A stretch of DNA of 64,000 bases from Nostoc sp. DedSLP01 (GCA_034530875.2 JAVRCJ020000009.1:128001-192000), one strand, 5' to 3'. Counted from the first letter of the stretch, positions 51,068-61,234 are shown. A program made the numbers and translations. Notes: generated by a model from the sequence alone, not told the origin.

Positions 51068-51892
51068 TTATGCCATCTGTTCGCTGAGTTTACGACCTGT
51101 TACAAAGAACATCGTTACATCATTCCAATAGCCTTCTTCGGTTGAAGCTTTATTTATCTCTGTAAAGTATTCGTGTTTACACTGCTCCAACTTTTCATTT
51201 GACCATTTTACATCCTGAAGCCCGAACGCACTCTTGGCATTGGCAACCCAAGCATCTTCTGGATCTTGAAAGTAGAAACCAAATTTCTCAGTTGTGATTT
51301 CGATCTCTTTAAATCCAATCATTTCAAGCAGTTGAGAACAACGCTTAGGTGTTCCAAGTAACTGATTGGGATTGGGAATAGTAATACCGTATCGTTTCAC
51401 AATTGTCCGAAACAAGACAGACGCGGTTGCTGAGGTTTCGGCAAGACAGGAAAATGCAACAACTCCTCCTGGTTTCAAAGCATTGTGCCATCGACGAACT
51501 GATTTTGGAATATCTATCAAGTAGGAGATCGCTGATGAACAGAGGATGGCATCAAATTGACTTGACTGCAATTGTTGTTCATCTGCATCCGCTTCTTCAA
51601 ATTTGGTATTTGTTAGTCCCAAAACCTCAATCTTGTGTTGAGCTTGCTGCAACATTCCCAAAGCAAAGTCAGTCCCTAAAACACGACCTTTAGAACCAAC
51701 AACCATCGCCGCAGCAATAGCCGCTAAACCAGTTCCAGTAGCAATATCTAGAACCTGCTGACCTGATTGTAATTTTGCCAACTCTACTAGTCGTGTTGCA
51801 GCCCTTCTACGAAATTCATTCTCGTAGTTTGGACGATTGTTGAAGTCATTGAGAATTTGCTGTTTGTAAGCACTTATAGATGAGTAAGTCAT
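51068..51892 (-). CDS. Class I SAM-dependent methyltransferase (UbiE-like)
   Basis: VLDIATGTG, FDAILC and LKPGG motifs. Confidence 0.92.
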   Translation of the reverse strand: MTYSSISAYKQQILNDFNNRPNYENEFRRRAATRLVELAKLQSGQQVLDIATGTGLAAIAAAMVVGSKGRVLGTDFALGMLQQAQHKIEVLGLTNTKFEEADADEQQLQSSQFDAILCSSAISYLIDIPKSVRRWHNALKPGGVVAFSCLAETSATASVLFRTIVKRYGITIPNPNQLLGTPKRCSQLLEMIGFKEIEITTEKFGFYFQDPEDAWVANAKSAFGLQDVKWSNEKLEQCKHEYFTEINKASTEEGYWNDVTMFFVTGRKLSEQMA

Positions 51893-51933
51893 ACTAGACG
51901 TTACCCTGTTATTTTGAACGCACTTAATTTTTA

Positions 51934-52614
51934 CTAAATATTCTTTTGAATTTCATCGAACTTAGCACGTACTGCTTGGATATCCTGCCACATTAACCAC
52001 TTAGGACTGCCTCTTTCTTTAGAAGGGTTACGCAGCAAATAGGAAGGATGAAAAATTGGCATACACAAACGCTCTTCCCACTCTAGCCATTGTCCGCGAA
52101 TTTTCGTAATTGCCCGCTTATCGCCCGTCAAACTTTTGAGGGCAGTTGCACCTGTTAAAAGAATAATTTTCGGGTCAACCAGACGAATTTGCTCTAATAA
52201 GTAGGGTTTGCAAGCCGCCATTTCTTCTGTAGTCGGAACTCTATTATTTGGCGGACGGCATTTATTAATATTGGCAATGTATACATCTTGCTCAGTACTT
52301 AAATTCACAGATGCGAGAATTTTCTCTAGCAACTGTCCTGATTTACCTACAAATGGTAAACCTGTTTCATCTTCACTTTGACCAGGCGCTTCTCCCACAA
52401 CCATTATTAGTGCTTTGAGGTTGCCGCGTCCGACAACAGCATGGGTACGAGTCTCTCCTAATACACACCGATGGCAGCTATTGCAATGCTGTGCCAGTTC
52501 GGTCATAGCAGAATAAGTTCCCGGAGGAATGGGAATTTTAGCGTCTGTGGGAATCAGCTCTTGTTGGTTAAACGTTGAATCCTCGAAGAGGCTGAGTTGG
52601 GTTTCGCTGCTCAT
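51934..52614 (-). CDS. Uracil-DNA glycosylase, family 4 (Fe-S)
   Basis: CHRC, GEAPG, PFVG, KCRPPNNR and HPSY motifs. Confidence 0.95.
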   Translation of the reverse strand: MSSETQLSLFEDSTFNQQELIPTDAKIPIPPGTYSAMTELAQHCNSCHRCVLGETRTHAVVGRGNLKALIMVVGEAPGQSEDETGLPFVGKSGQLLEKILASVNLSTEQDVYIANINKCRPPNNRVPTTEEMAACKPYLLEQIRLVDPKIILLTGATALKSLTGDKRAITKIRGQWLEWEERLCMPIFHPSYLLRNPSKERGSPKWLMWQDIQAVRAKFDEIQKNI

Positions 52615-52811
52615 GAAAATTACGATTTTGGTATCAGCACCAGTCTTATCTGATTTAAATATGTCTTTGGTTAGACACTTATCAGAAATAGACTTGGAAA
52701 ATGAATTTACTCAATACTTAATTATTTATACAAATATTATTTTATCAGTTAATTTGAGACAGAGTTCAGTCATGATAAAAGCAGTGCCGTCCTAAGACGT
52801 CGGGGGAAACC

Positions 52812-53510
52812 ATGTCACAGACCCCACTTTTCGCCGATCGCATCCATGCGGGTGAGGAATTGGCGCGAGTAATTCACGAGCTTTTGACTCAGCAAACTAT
52901 TGATTCTGGGGTAAAGCCTGTACCAATTGTTTATGCTTTACCTAGAGGCGGCGTACCAGTGGCAGCACCAATAGCGCGTCTTTTGGGTTGTCCGTTAACA
53001 ATAGTTGTAGCAAAAAAAATTAGCCATCCAGACAACCCAGAATTAGCAATTGGTGCGCTCACCAGTTCTGGAAATGCTATTTGGACTGAGCAAAAGCTAT
53101 TTCGCTTCAAAAATAATTTCCGCTGGCGAGAAGTGGCTTTCAATAAAGCTATTAAACAAGCAAAGGCTTTAGAGGAACAATTAATTTCTGCTTGTCCTCA
53201 GGTGAATCCAAAGAATAAAACGGCCATTTTAGTCGATGATGGCATCGCCACAGGTATGACTATGGCGGTAGCTGCTAGTGCCATCAAAGCCTTTTCTCCA
53301 GCAGCAGTTTGGCTATGTACTCCAGTCGCACCAAAAAGCTTACTACCCCGGTTGAATCAATGGGGCGATCGCATTATTGCCCTAGAAACACCAGAACCTT
53401 TCTGGAGTGTGAGTAATTTTTACTTACAATTTCCCCAGGTAGACACATTAGAAGTTCTCGCAACTCTCCAGCAACAAAAAACTATCGGCACAATGGATCT
53501 ATGCGAGTAA
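52812..53510 (+). CDS. Phosphoribosyltransferase family protein
   Basis: FADR..AG, LPRGGVPVA and ILVDDGIATG motifs. Confidence 0.92.
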   Translation: MSQTPLFADRIHAGEELARVIHELLTQQTIDSGVKPVPIVYALPRGGVPVAAPIARLLGCPLTIVVAKKISHPDNPELAIGALTSSGNAIWTEQKLFRFKNNFRWREVAFNKAIKQAKALEEQLISACPQVNPKNKTAILVDDGIATGMTMAVAASAIKAFSPAAVWLCTPVAPKSLLPRLNQWGDRIIALETPEPFWSVSNFYLQFPQVDTLEVLATLQQQKTIGTMDLCE

Positions 53511-53519
53511 TTTTTAATT

Positions 53520-53699
53520 TTATTTTCTTGCCAGAATTCCTGGAGCATAAGCTTCAATTACTTTCCCAGTCCGGGTACAACTAATCATTAAGTAATCGCA
53601 ACTCGAGCATTGCGTTCGAGTTAATTGATTATCAGTAATGTAATAACGTTCCGCTTGGCTACCACAATTTGGGCAGTAAATTTTTTGTACTGTCTGCAT
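53520..53699 (-). CDS. Small conserved zinc-ribbon protein (59 aa; family often labelled 'replication restart helicase PriA')
   Basis: CPNCG...CSSCDYL...GKVIEAYAPG; ATG at 53699. Far too short to be a helicase. Confidence 0.8.
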   Translation of the reverse strand: MQTVQKIYCPNCGSQAERYYITDNQLTRTQCSSCDYLMISCTRTGKVIEAYAPGILARK

Positions 53700-54040
53700 T
53701 TTAAAATCCCTGGTTGTATTTATTTTGTATTTGGTAAAGCTCTTAATTAAACTCAGAAAAATTCTGGTTCGACCCAAGTTAACAAACTATTGTCAGATTG
53801 CCTAATATTTTTAAACAAAATTTTAAGTTTGAAAAATTTGAGATTTCTTTAGTCTATTATTCTAAAAGCTAGCCTATTTTACCCTCCTTCCTGAGATATA
53901 TAAATTAATTTTTTATGAATTTCGTTTAGAGATTCGGCGATCCCTATACTTAATGCCTTGAGAGAGGCCGATTTTACGCATTTAAGACAAACACAAAAAA
54001 AGCCATTATAGTATTCAAAAATTAAACCTACGAAATTACT

Positions 54041-54054
54041 GTATCTTTGGTTAC
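54041..54054. promoter_or_regulatory. Putative NtcA-binding site
   Basis: tGTA-TCTTTGGT-TACa. Confidence 0.5.
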
Positions 54055-54207
54055 AAAATCTCTGTCTTAAGATTTAGTTAACATTTACAACGAGAGTTGT
54101 AAGATTAAATTCTAGAAATCAAATATTTGATGGAAACTAGGGAACTTTGAAGAAATATCAAGAGTGAGTAGAGACGGTTTACCAATCTGCGTGTAAATTT
54201 ATTGGTT

Positions 54208-54305
54208 ATACCAATTTGAAAAAAGAATACGAGAAATACACTAAAGGCGCACAGCTAGCTGTGCGCCCCTATTAACAATCAATGTAGTGATGAGTTTCAA
54301 TTGAT
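54208..54305. repeat. MITE-like dispersed element with central REP palindrome (same family as 8951-9058)
   Basis: ATACCAATTTGAAAAAAGAATACGA (22/25 to the 8951 copy); GGCGCACAGCTAGCTGTGCGCC at 54246-54267. Confidence 0.6.
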
Positions 54306-54631
54306 GGAGAGCGATCGCTTCACTCCTCCTGAAATTCCCAGGTTCGCCAGCTACAATCGCTTTGACACTATCCAAGTCTTATTCTCACCTGGTGCGATCG
54401 CTTTGATGTTACCCTCACTAATGCTGGCGTTCTGAAATTTCTAGCTGATACAAACAATATTCGTTTTGAAAATAGGTTACAAAACTTTAGAAAGCCGCAA
54501 TGATAATTTTCCCTATTAACAAAATGAAATTCAGAAATCAGTAACCAGAATTATCCAATTGGATTTTATGTAACTGTTGTATGAAAAATGAATGGGTTTG
54601 AGCCATCCATTCAATAATTGTTTGACTCATA

Positions 54632-56509
54632 TCAAGATGGATGAAAATAATCGTAAATTTCTTGAGCCAAACGCGGGCCGATTCCAGGAACTTCGGCGAT
54701 TTGGGCAGTTGTTGCTTGCCGGATGTAATCAACCGAGCGAAAATGCCCTAGTAGCTGTTTTTGTCGATGATGTCCTAAACCGGGAATTTCATCTAAACGC
54801 GATCGCTTTAATTTATCACTGCGTTGCTGCCGATGGAAACTGACTGCAAACCTATGCGCTTCATCTCGCAGTCGTCGCAACAGCTGTACCCCTGGTTGTT
54901 CTGCATCAGTGGTTAATGGTTGAGATTCTGCTGGTAAGAAAATCTCTTCTCGCTGCTTCGCTAAACTTACAACTCGCAAGTCTTCTAATAAATTCATTTC
55001 TTGCAAGACAGCAACAACTGATGATAATTGACCTTTACCGCCATCAATCATAATTAGATCGGGCCAGTCAGGATTACCCAAGCGTTGTAGCTGTGGGTCT
55101 TCAGCATACTTGCGAAACCGACGCTGGATAACTTCCGCAAGGCTAGCAAAATCATCTGAGTGTCCGGCTGTGACTGTGGGATTTTTGATTTTATAGTGGC
55201 GATAGTGCTGCTTGGCGGGTAACCCGTCGATAAACACGACTTGGGAAGCTACAGCATTTGAGCCTTGAATGTGAGAAATGTCATAGCCTTCGATGCGGTG
55301 AGGTACATCTGGTAAATCCAGAATAGCGGCTAAATCTTGCATTGCTTGGTCGTTGCGATCGCCTAATTTTTGCATTCTTTGCAATTCATACTGGGCATTT
55401 CGCTCTACCATTTCTATTAATTCTGCCTTAGTTTGCCGCAAAGGATTCAAAATCGTCACTTTTCTACCTTTACGTTCGCTCAAGACATCAGTCAGTATTT
55501 CTACATCTGGCAATTCATGCTGGACTAAAATTTCTGTAGGTATTTCCACAGAGTCAGCACTTTGATAATGTTCTTCTAAAGCTCGTTGTAAAATGGCTCC
55601 TGGTTCTGCATGAGCATCTGCTACAAAAGCCAAGCGTCCGACTAATTGGCCAGCGCGAATCTGGAATAGTTGAATGCAGGCGTGTTGGGCGTCAGCTGCC
55701 AGGGCGATCGCATCCCGCGAAACGGTATCATCTGGTAAGGACACTTTTTGGTCAGCTGTTAGCGACTTTAACCCAGAAATTTGATCGCGAATTCGCGCTG
55801 CTGATTCAAAGTTCAAGTCCTCAGCAGCAGCATTCATCTGCTGAGTCAAAATATCAATCAACTCTTGAGTCCGACCTTGGAAGACCATCGCTATTTTTTG
55901 GACTATTTTGCGATATTCTTCTGGTGAAATCATCTTTTGACATACACCAGGACAACGCCCTAAATCGAAATTCAAACAAGGACGGTCTTTAAAAAGCGGT
56001 TGAGGTCGTTGTCGCTGGGGAAAGATGCGCTTACACAAACGTAAAACTTCTCGCAACAAGCCAGCATCGGTATAAGGGCCATAAAATTTATCCTTTTCTT
56101 TGCCCAATTGCCGTTTGCGGGTGATAAAAATCCGTGGATAGTCTTCTGACCAAGTAATGCAGAGATACGGATATTTTTTATCATCCTTGAGCAGCACGTT
56201 AAAGTATGGCTGATGCTGCTTAATTAAGTTGGCTTCCAGCGCTAAGGCTTCCGCTTCCGTGTCAGTGACAATGAATTCAATTTCTGTCACCAATCTTACC
56301 ATTGTCACGATGCGCTCGCTTTTGTTGTAGCCATCGCGGAAATAGGAACGCACGCGCGATCGCAACTTGCGCGATTTACCTATATATATAATGCGATCGC
56401 TTTTGTCTCGCATGAAATAAACCCCCGGTTCCGGTGGAATTTCGGCGAGACGATTTTCCAGTCGTTCTGGATCTTTAACAAGTGGTAGTATTTGAGTTGA
56501 TATTGCCAC
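54632..56509 (-). CDS. uvrC: Excinuclease ABC subunit C
   Basis: GIY-YIG (PGVY...IYIGKS), [23 protein letters not shown] and HhH motifs. Likely start is GTG at 56509. Confidence 0.97.
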   Translation of the reverse strand: MAISTQILPLVKDPERLENRLAEIPPEPGVYFMRDKSDRIIYIGKSRKLRSRVRSYFRDGYNKSERIVTMVRLVTEIEFIVTDTEAEALALEANLIKQHQPYFNVLLKDDKKYPYLCITWSEDYPRIFITRKRQLGKEKDKFYGPYTDAGLLREVLRLCKRIFPQRQRPQPLFKDRPCLNFDLGRCPGVCQKMISPEEYRKIVQKIAMVFQGRTQELIDILTQQMNAAAEDLNFESAARIRDQISGLKSLTADQKVSLPDDTVSRDAIALAADAQHACIQLFQIRAGQLVGRLAFVADAHAEPGAILQRALEEHYQSADSVEIPTEILVQHELPDVEILTDVLSERKGRKVTILNPLRQTKAELIEMVERNAQYELQRMQKLGDRNDQAMQDLAAILDLPDVPHRIEGYDISHIQGSNAVASQVVFIDGLPAKQHYRHYKIKNPTVTAGHSDDFASLAEVIQRRFRKYAEDPQLQRLGNPDWPDLIMIDGGKGQLSSVVAVLQEMNLLEDLRVVSLAKQREEIFLPAESQPLTTDAEQPGVQLLRRLRDEAHRFAVSFHRQQRSDKLKRSRLDEIPGLGHHRQKQLLGHFRSVDYIRQATTAQIAEVPGIGPRLAQEIYDYFHPS

Positions 56510-57016
56510 AACCAAAATTAGGTAATCTTTCTCTATTTTAAGAAAAATTATCTTTTCTTGCCGATTTAACAAAGTATTATCAAGTAGATATACGCGAGTC
56601 AAGCTTTTAGTTTACATATACGTGTTAGTACAGGTTTCGCCCATCTACAACTTAAACCTAGTTTATGTAGTTGCGAGTTTAACATTTCAGCATTTGTCGC
56701 AATCCAAACTTGATTTTTAGAGTTTGTTTATACTTAAGATTTTTAACTTATATTTTTATTAAAAAAACAGTTTTTGCTAGTTAATTTTGTTATGGAAAAG
56801 TATTCACTTCTCAGTATAAACATAATTACTTTATAACTTTTAGCAAGTAACAGTATCTTCAACTATATGACTACAGCTAAAACTTTATATATTTTTTATG
56901 GAACTTACTCATTTATTGAAGTTTTAATATGAAGCTAATTCACAGATTCATTAGGTTTCATTTATGTTTACTATTGAAAATATAACTATTATAATAATTG
57001 CAAAAAAAAATAAATT

Positions 57017-57196
57017 ATGAATCTGCAAGATTTTGAAGCTCAGTATCGTGAGGTCATGGCTGAAACACTCAACGAACTGCAAACAACAGTTTTATTGCTA
57101 GCAGAAGTGCAAAGTAAAATTTCAAAAATAGGTAATTCTGTGCAAAATCTTAGTCAGCGTGTTGAAGAGTTCATTGCTGAGCAAAAAAGAGAATAG
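57017..57196 (+). CDS. Small coiled-coil hypothetical protein (59 aa), absent from the ORF track
   Basis: MNLQDFEAQYREVMAETLNELQTTVLLLAEVQSKISKIGNSVQNLSQRVEEFIAEQKRE; higher GC than its AT-rich flank and a heptad pattern. Confidence 0.72.
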   Translation: MNLQDFEAQYREVMAETLNELQTTVLLLAEVQSKISKIGNSVQNLSQRVEEFIAEQKRE

Positions 57197-57217
57197 ATAT
57201 ATATCCACTAAAAAACT

Positions 57218-57646
57218 TTATTTGTAATGGCAACTAAATTCTGCTTCAATTGTCTGGACTAGATCCTTGAGTTTTAGAGGTTTGACAAAATAATGACGTG
57301 CGCCCAAACTCATAGCTAGTTCTCGATCTGCTTTAAAAGCAAAGGCTGAAACAACAATAATAGGTATTTTTGCTAAATCTGGTTGTTGTTGAACTTGTTT
57401 TAAGAGTGAAAAACCGTCAATATCTGGCAATTTCAAGTCGAGTAACATTAAATCTGGCTGGAATTTCTCAATAGTTGAGAAAAAAGCAGAACCTTCCGAT
57501 AAGCTCTGGACATCGTAACCGCAATAATTTAAGTAGTCGCTTAGCAACATCCTATTTAGATCGTGGTCTTCGATTAATAAAATTCGTCTAGCTTGATTTG
57601 AACGGAATTGGTGATTGATGTTCAGTAATTGTGCTGTCATTGCCAT
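57218..57646 (-). CDS. Single-domain response regulator (CheY/DivK-like)
   Basis: ILLIED, LMLLDLKLPDIDG, VVSA and VKP motifs. Confidence 0.93.
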   Translation of the reverse strand: MAMTAQLLNINHQFRSNQARRILLIEDHDLNRMLLSDYLNYCGYDVQSLSEGSAFFSTIEKFQPDLMLLDLKLPDIDGFSLLKQVQQQPDLAKIPIIVVSAFAFKADRELAMSLGARHYFVKPLKLKDLVQTIEAEFSCHYK

Positions 57647-57954
57647 TTATCATGATTTTAAGTTACAAGCCAATTATTGCCAGATGAATTTTGAAACGAA
57701 TAAAAAGTTGAGCTATTTAATTTAATATATGCAAAAATTGTAATCTAGATTTACCTATACTGGTATAATTAAACCATATTCTGCAAAAATTAAAAATTAA
57801 TAAAAGTTAATATTTTCTTCATAAAGTCTTTATTATTAATCCTATTAAATACTTTTTTCGCAAGTTAAATGCTTTTGCAGAGGAGTTTTGATTTGGATAT
57901 TAGGGAAGGCACTAAAGCAAATATATCCTTTGATAGTTAGAAGAAAATATTCAT

Positions 57955-57977
57955 AAAAAAGGGAGCTAATAGCTCCC
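57955..57977 (-). terminator. Intrinsic terminator of the PEP-CTERM gene
   Basis: Minus strand GGGAGCTATTAGCTCCC followed by TTTTTT. Confidence 0.85.
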
Positions 57978-58008
57978 TAATCATTATTGTAAACTTGCAG
58001 TGGCAATC

Positions 58009-58947
58009 TTAAATAGATGCTTTTTTTACTTGACGTCGGGTAGTAAAGACACCGGCAACACCCAACAAACCCAGTATTACAGATGGTTCTGGGACTGCTG
58101 TGGGAGGTACGCCTTTGATGCTAACTTCGTAATTACCACTGTGAGATTTGCCATCAGCGCCTATTCCTGTACTGTTAGTTAGTTTAGTTTCGGTAGCAGA
58201 GAAGCTGTAAAGGAAATCAGTCTTGCCATTGTAGGTAACTTTAACAACTTCACTAGCTTGGAATCCATTTTTGAGCAAATTACCTAAAGGCCCTAATAGA
58301 GGAGCATAATAATCTTTTAAATTGTAGTGACCTGCTAACCCAATTTTGATTTCGCCTGTCGTATCGTTCTGGTTAACGTAAGAGATATTGGGGTCGCTAG
58401 AACGTTGGAAACCATTGATCTGGAGAAATTTCGTGAAGACTCCCGCGCGGACAACTGAGCTAGAAGCTGAATTTGATAGACCTAGTGCCAATTTAATTGT
58501 AGATTCATTAGCAGCTAGACCAGCTGCATTATAAAATTGGTCAAACCAAGTAGTTGCAAAGGTCTGTGCGCCATAGGTTTTATTCAATCCTACTCCAAAC
58601 CAATCTGTTTCTGTCAGACTGCTTAAAGTAATACTTTTGCCACCGATTTGTCCGCTTAAGGTGGTGTTTTTGCTGAAATCAAAACCGGATTGCTCGCTGC
58701 TGGCTCGTAACTCTACATTTCCGGTGGGGTTTGCAGCATTACCATCGAGAACTTTCTGGACGTTTGTCGGGGTATTTGGTACAAGTACAGTACTGCTACC
58801 GGAGACATCATAGACTAAATAATCAGTTGCCGCTGTTCCACCGATGGTAGCGCCAGTGAGGGTACCAGCTTGTGCTGGTGCTGTAGCAACACCGACACTA
58901 ATAGCCATTGATGCGCCAATCACAAGTTTCTGAAAAGTCATCTTCAT
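58009..58947 (-). CDS. Cyanobacterial PEP-CTERM sorting-signal surface protein
   Basis: Signal peptide (APAQA), GNVEL, SDPNISYV, and C-terminal VPEPS + TM + basic tail. Confidence 0.92.
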   Translation of the reverse strand: MKMTFQKLVIGASMAISVGVATAPAQAGTLTGATIGGTAATDYLVYDVSGSSTVLVPNTPTNVQKVLDGNAANPTGNVELRASSEQSGFDFSKNTTLSGQIGGKSITLSSLTETDWFGVGLNKTYGAQTFATTWFDQFYNAAGLAANESTIKLALGLSNSASSSVVRAGVFTKFLQINGFQRSSDPNISYVNQNDTTGEIKIGLAGHYNLKDYYAPLLGPLGNLLKNGFQASEVVKVTYNGKTDFLYSFSATETKLTNSTGIGADGKSHSGNYEVSIKGVPPTAVPEPSVILGLLGVAGVFTTRRQVKKASI

Positions 58948-59336
58948 TTTTTTCAAGTCTCCGTCAGTTTAGAAGTTAAGGTTTAAACTACTGGTATTTC
59001 TAGGCTTGGACTGTCTTGGCTACAGGCTTTTTGCCAATACTGCTGCTTAAAAAGACATTTGTATTGTTAGCCATTACTGGTAGCTGAACGTACAAACCCA
59101 GTTTATGAAATATGGAGACTTGATTGGGTAAAGTTGCTACTGTTTATAAATAAAATGATGACAAATATTTTGAGAAGTTTCTACGTATTATTACATGTCT
59201 TACTAAATTTTACAAGTAAATAAAATTACATTAACTATTTAAGCTGATTCAGTGTTACATACGTGTTGGTAAGGTAGCATAGTTTTGCTACCCTACTTAA
59301 GACTAAAAATCCTTGGCATTCAGTTTGAGAAGAAGT

Positions 59337-60578
59337 TTAATTCAGGAACTTAGCCATTCTTTGCACAGCAGTTTCTAACAAATGTGGCTCATGAACTAAG
59401 GCAAAACGGACATAACCTTCCCCAGATTTACCAAAACCTGCACCTGGAGAAGCTGCGACACCAGTTTCTTTGACTAGTTGGGTGCAAAATTCTATGGAAT
59501 TTTGGCTCCAAGCAGAAGGCAACTTTGCCCAAATGTACATTGTCGCTTGGGGAGTAGGAACATTCCAGCCAATGCGATGTAAAGCATTAATAAAAGCATC
59601 ACGGCGCTGTTGGAAAGTGGCAACTGCATTTTTTACCCCAATTTGAGGCCCAGTTAAAGCAGCGATCGCTCCATTCAAAATTCCGCGATACTGATTAAAA
59701 TCCACAACGGCTTTGACCTGGCGTAAAGCGCTAATTAACTGGGCATTACCGATGGCGTAGCCAATGCGGAAGCCGCCCATATTGTAGGACTTGGAAAGGG
59801 TAAAAAATTCAATTGAAACGCTTTTTTCTGGATCGGCTTGCAAAATTGAAGGGACTGGGCATGGCGCATTGGACTCTCCCTTATTCGCTAGTCGCCAGTC
59901 GCCAGTCGCCAGTGCCGATTCACCATCCGCTGTAAATACTAAATCTACGTAGGGGAAATCATGAACCAAAGCGAGATTGTGTTGCTGACAGAAGGCTACG
60001 GCTTCTTGAAAGAAAGATAAAGGAGCGATCGCAGCCGTGGGATTGTGAGGATAACTTAATACCATCATCCGCGACTGGTCCAAAACTGGGGCAGGAATAT
60101 CAGCAAACACTGGTAAAAAACCGTTTTCTTCCCTTAGCGGCATTGGATAAATTTGCCCGCTAGCAAGGTAGACTCCTCCAGCATGAGAAGGGTAACCAGG
60201 ATCGAGCAACAGGGCAAAATCTCCAGGGTTGAGCAATGCTAGGGGTAAATGGGCGGTACCTTCTTGGGAACCAATCAGAGGTAGTACCTCAGTTTGAGGA
60301 TCGACTCTGATACCAAATTTTTTTTCGTACCAATTGGCTGCGGCTTGGCGAAAGCCTTGAGTGCCGTTAAATAGTAGATAGCCGTGGGTGGTGCGATCGC
60401 GAACAGATTGGGCGATCGCTTCGATGACATGTGGTTCGGCTGGTAAATCAGAAGACCCCAAGGACAAATCAATTAGCTGTTGTCCAGCAGCCAAGGCAAT
60501 TGCTTTGGCTGTGTCCATATCAGCAAATACATTAGATTGTAGGGGTTGTAAACGTTTTGCAAACTCTATGTTAGTCAT
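59337..60578 (-). CDS. PLP-dependent class I aminotransferase (LL-diaminopimelate aminotransferase-like), second paralog
   Basis: SYPHNPT, HDFPY and FTLSKSYNMGGFRIG motifs. Likely start is 60578; the ORF extension to 60665 lies in repeats. Confidence 0.9.
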   Translation of the reverse strand: MTNIEFAKRLQPLQSNVFADMDTAKAIALAAGQQLIDLSLGSSDLPAEPHVIEAIAQSVRDRTTHGYLLFNGTQGFRQAAANWYEKKFGIRVDPQTEVLPLIGSQEGTAHLPLALLNPGDFALLLDPGYPSHAGGVYLASGQIYPMPLREENGFLPVFADIPAPVLDQSRMMVLSYPHNPTAAIAPLSFFQEAVAFCQQHNLALVHDFPYVDLVFTADGESALATGDWRLANKGESNAPCPVPSILQADPEKSVSIEFFTLSKSYNMGGFRIGYAIGNAQLISALRQVKAVVDFNQYRGILNGAIAALTGPQIGVKNAVATFQQRRDAFINALHRIGWNVPTPQATMYIWAKLPSAWSQNSIEFCTQLVKETGVAASPGAGFGKSGEGYVRFALVHEPHLLETAVQRMAKFLN

Positions 60579-60598
60579 TTGTCTTTTGTCCTCTTTTC

Positions 60599-60772
60599 CA
60601 AAGTTCTGATAGACAGAAATTTCCGTACCCTGCGGGATCTTGCTACAGACTTTGCGCTTTGTCATTAGTGATTTATCCTCTGTTACAAAGTTCTGTTCGC
60701 CGATTTCCGGCGCATCCTCTGGGATCTTGCTACAGACTTTGCGCTTTGCCCTTTGTCATTAGTGATTTGTCC
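60599..60772. repeat. Two tandem diverged copies of a hairpin element embedded in STRR (TTTGTCA) sequence
   Basis: Both begin CAAAGTTCTG (60599, 60686) and share an identical 28-mer GGGATCTTGCTACAGACTTTGCGCTTTG (60634-60661, 60721-60748). Confidence 0.8.
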
Positions 60773-60791
60773 TTTGGCTAACGACTAATGA

Positions 60792-60863
60792 ACGCCACTT
60801 GCAAAAGAGCGGGTTCCGCTTTAGCGGTACAACAAGGGGAACCCCCCAAGGGTGCAGTGGCTC
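60792..60863. repeat. Hairpin dispersed repeat ACGCCACTTGC...GCAGTGGCTC with an enlarged interior, within a TAATGAC array
   Basis: Ends match the reverse complement of 50953-50997 with a compensatory G/C swap. Confidence 0.6.
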
Positions 60864-60898
60864 CTAATGACTAATGACCAATGACTATTGACTAATGA

Positions 60899-61234
60899 CT
60901 AATTACTATCTAAGTGCTTGGCTAGAAGGTTGAGTAGTTTTTCTTTACCGATAACTCCCTCAGTCGATTCTAGGATCTTTTCTCCTTGAATTAGCCTCAG
61001 GGCGGGTACACCTTCGACTTGGTACTGTTTAACTGTAAGCGGGTTGGGGTCGATTTCCATTTTAACGACTTTGAGACGATCGCTATAAGCACTCGCAGCT
61101 GAGTCGATCGTGGGCGACATCAGCTGACAAGGCCCGCACCAAGAAGCCCAAAAGTAAACTAATACAGGCTGCTCGGCTTTTAACACTTCGGTTTCAAAAT
61201 CGGCATCAGTTATGGTGATTACAGCCTTACTCAT
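60899..61234 (-). CDS. Thioredoxin (x-type/TrxB-like)
   Basis: VLVYFWASWCGPC and VEGVPAL motifs; GGAG RBS before ATG 61234. Confidence 0.92.
   Translation of the reverse strand: MSKAVITITDADFETEVLKAEQPVLVYFWASWCGPCQLMSPTIDSAASAYSDRLKVVKMEIDPNPLTVKQYQVEGVPALRLIQGEKILESTEGVIGKEKLLNLLAKHLDSN

Noticed and set aside
53766..53775. GGTTCGACCC, resembling a tRNA T-loop
   Set aside because: No acceptor, D or anticodon stems can be formed around it.
59080..59093. GTA-N8-TAC upstream of the PEP-CTERM gene
   Set aside because: No TAN3T box at 21-23 nt toward the gene and poor flanks; the 6-base pattern is expected by chance many times in 64 kb.
60599..60772. Tandem repeats as a mini-CRISPR
   Set aside because: Only two copies, the 'spacers' are related to each other, the context is STRR, and there are no cas genes.
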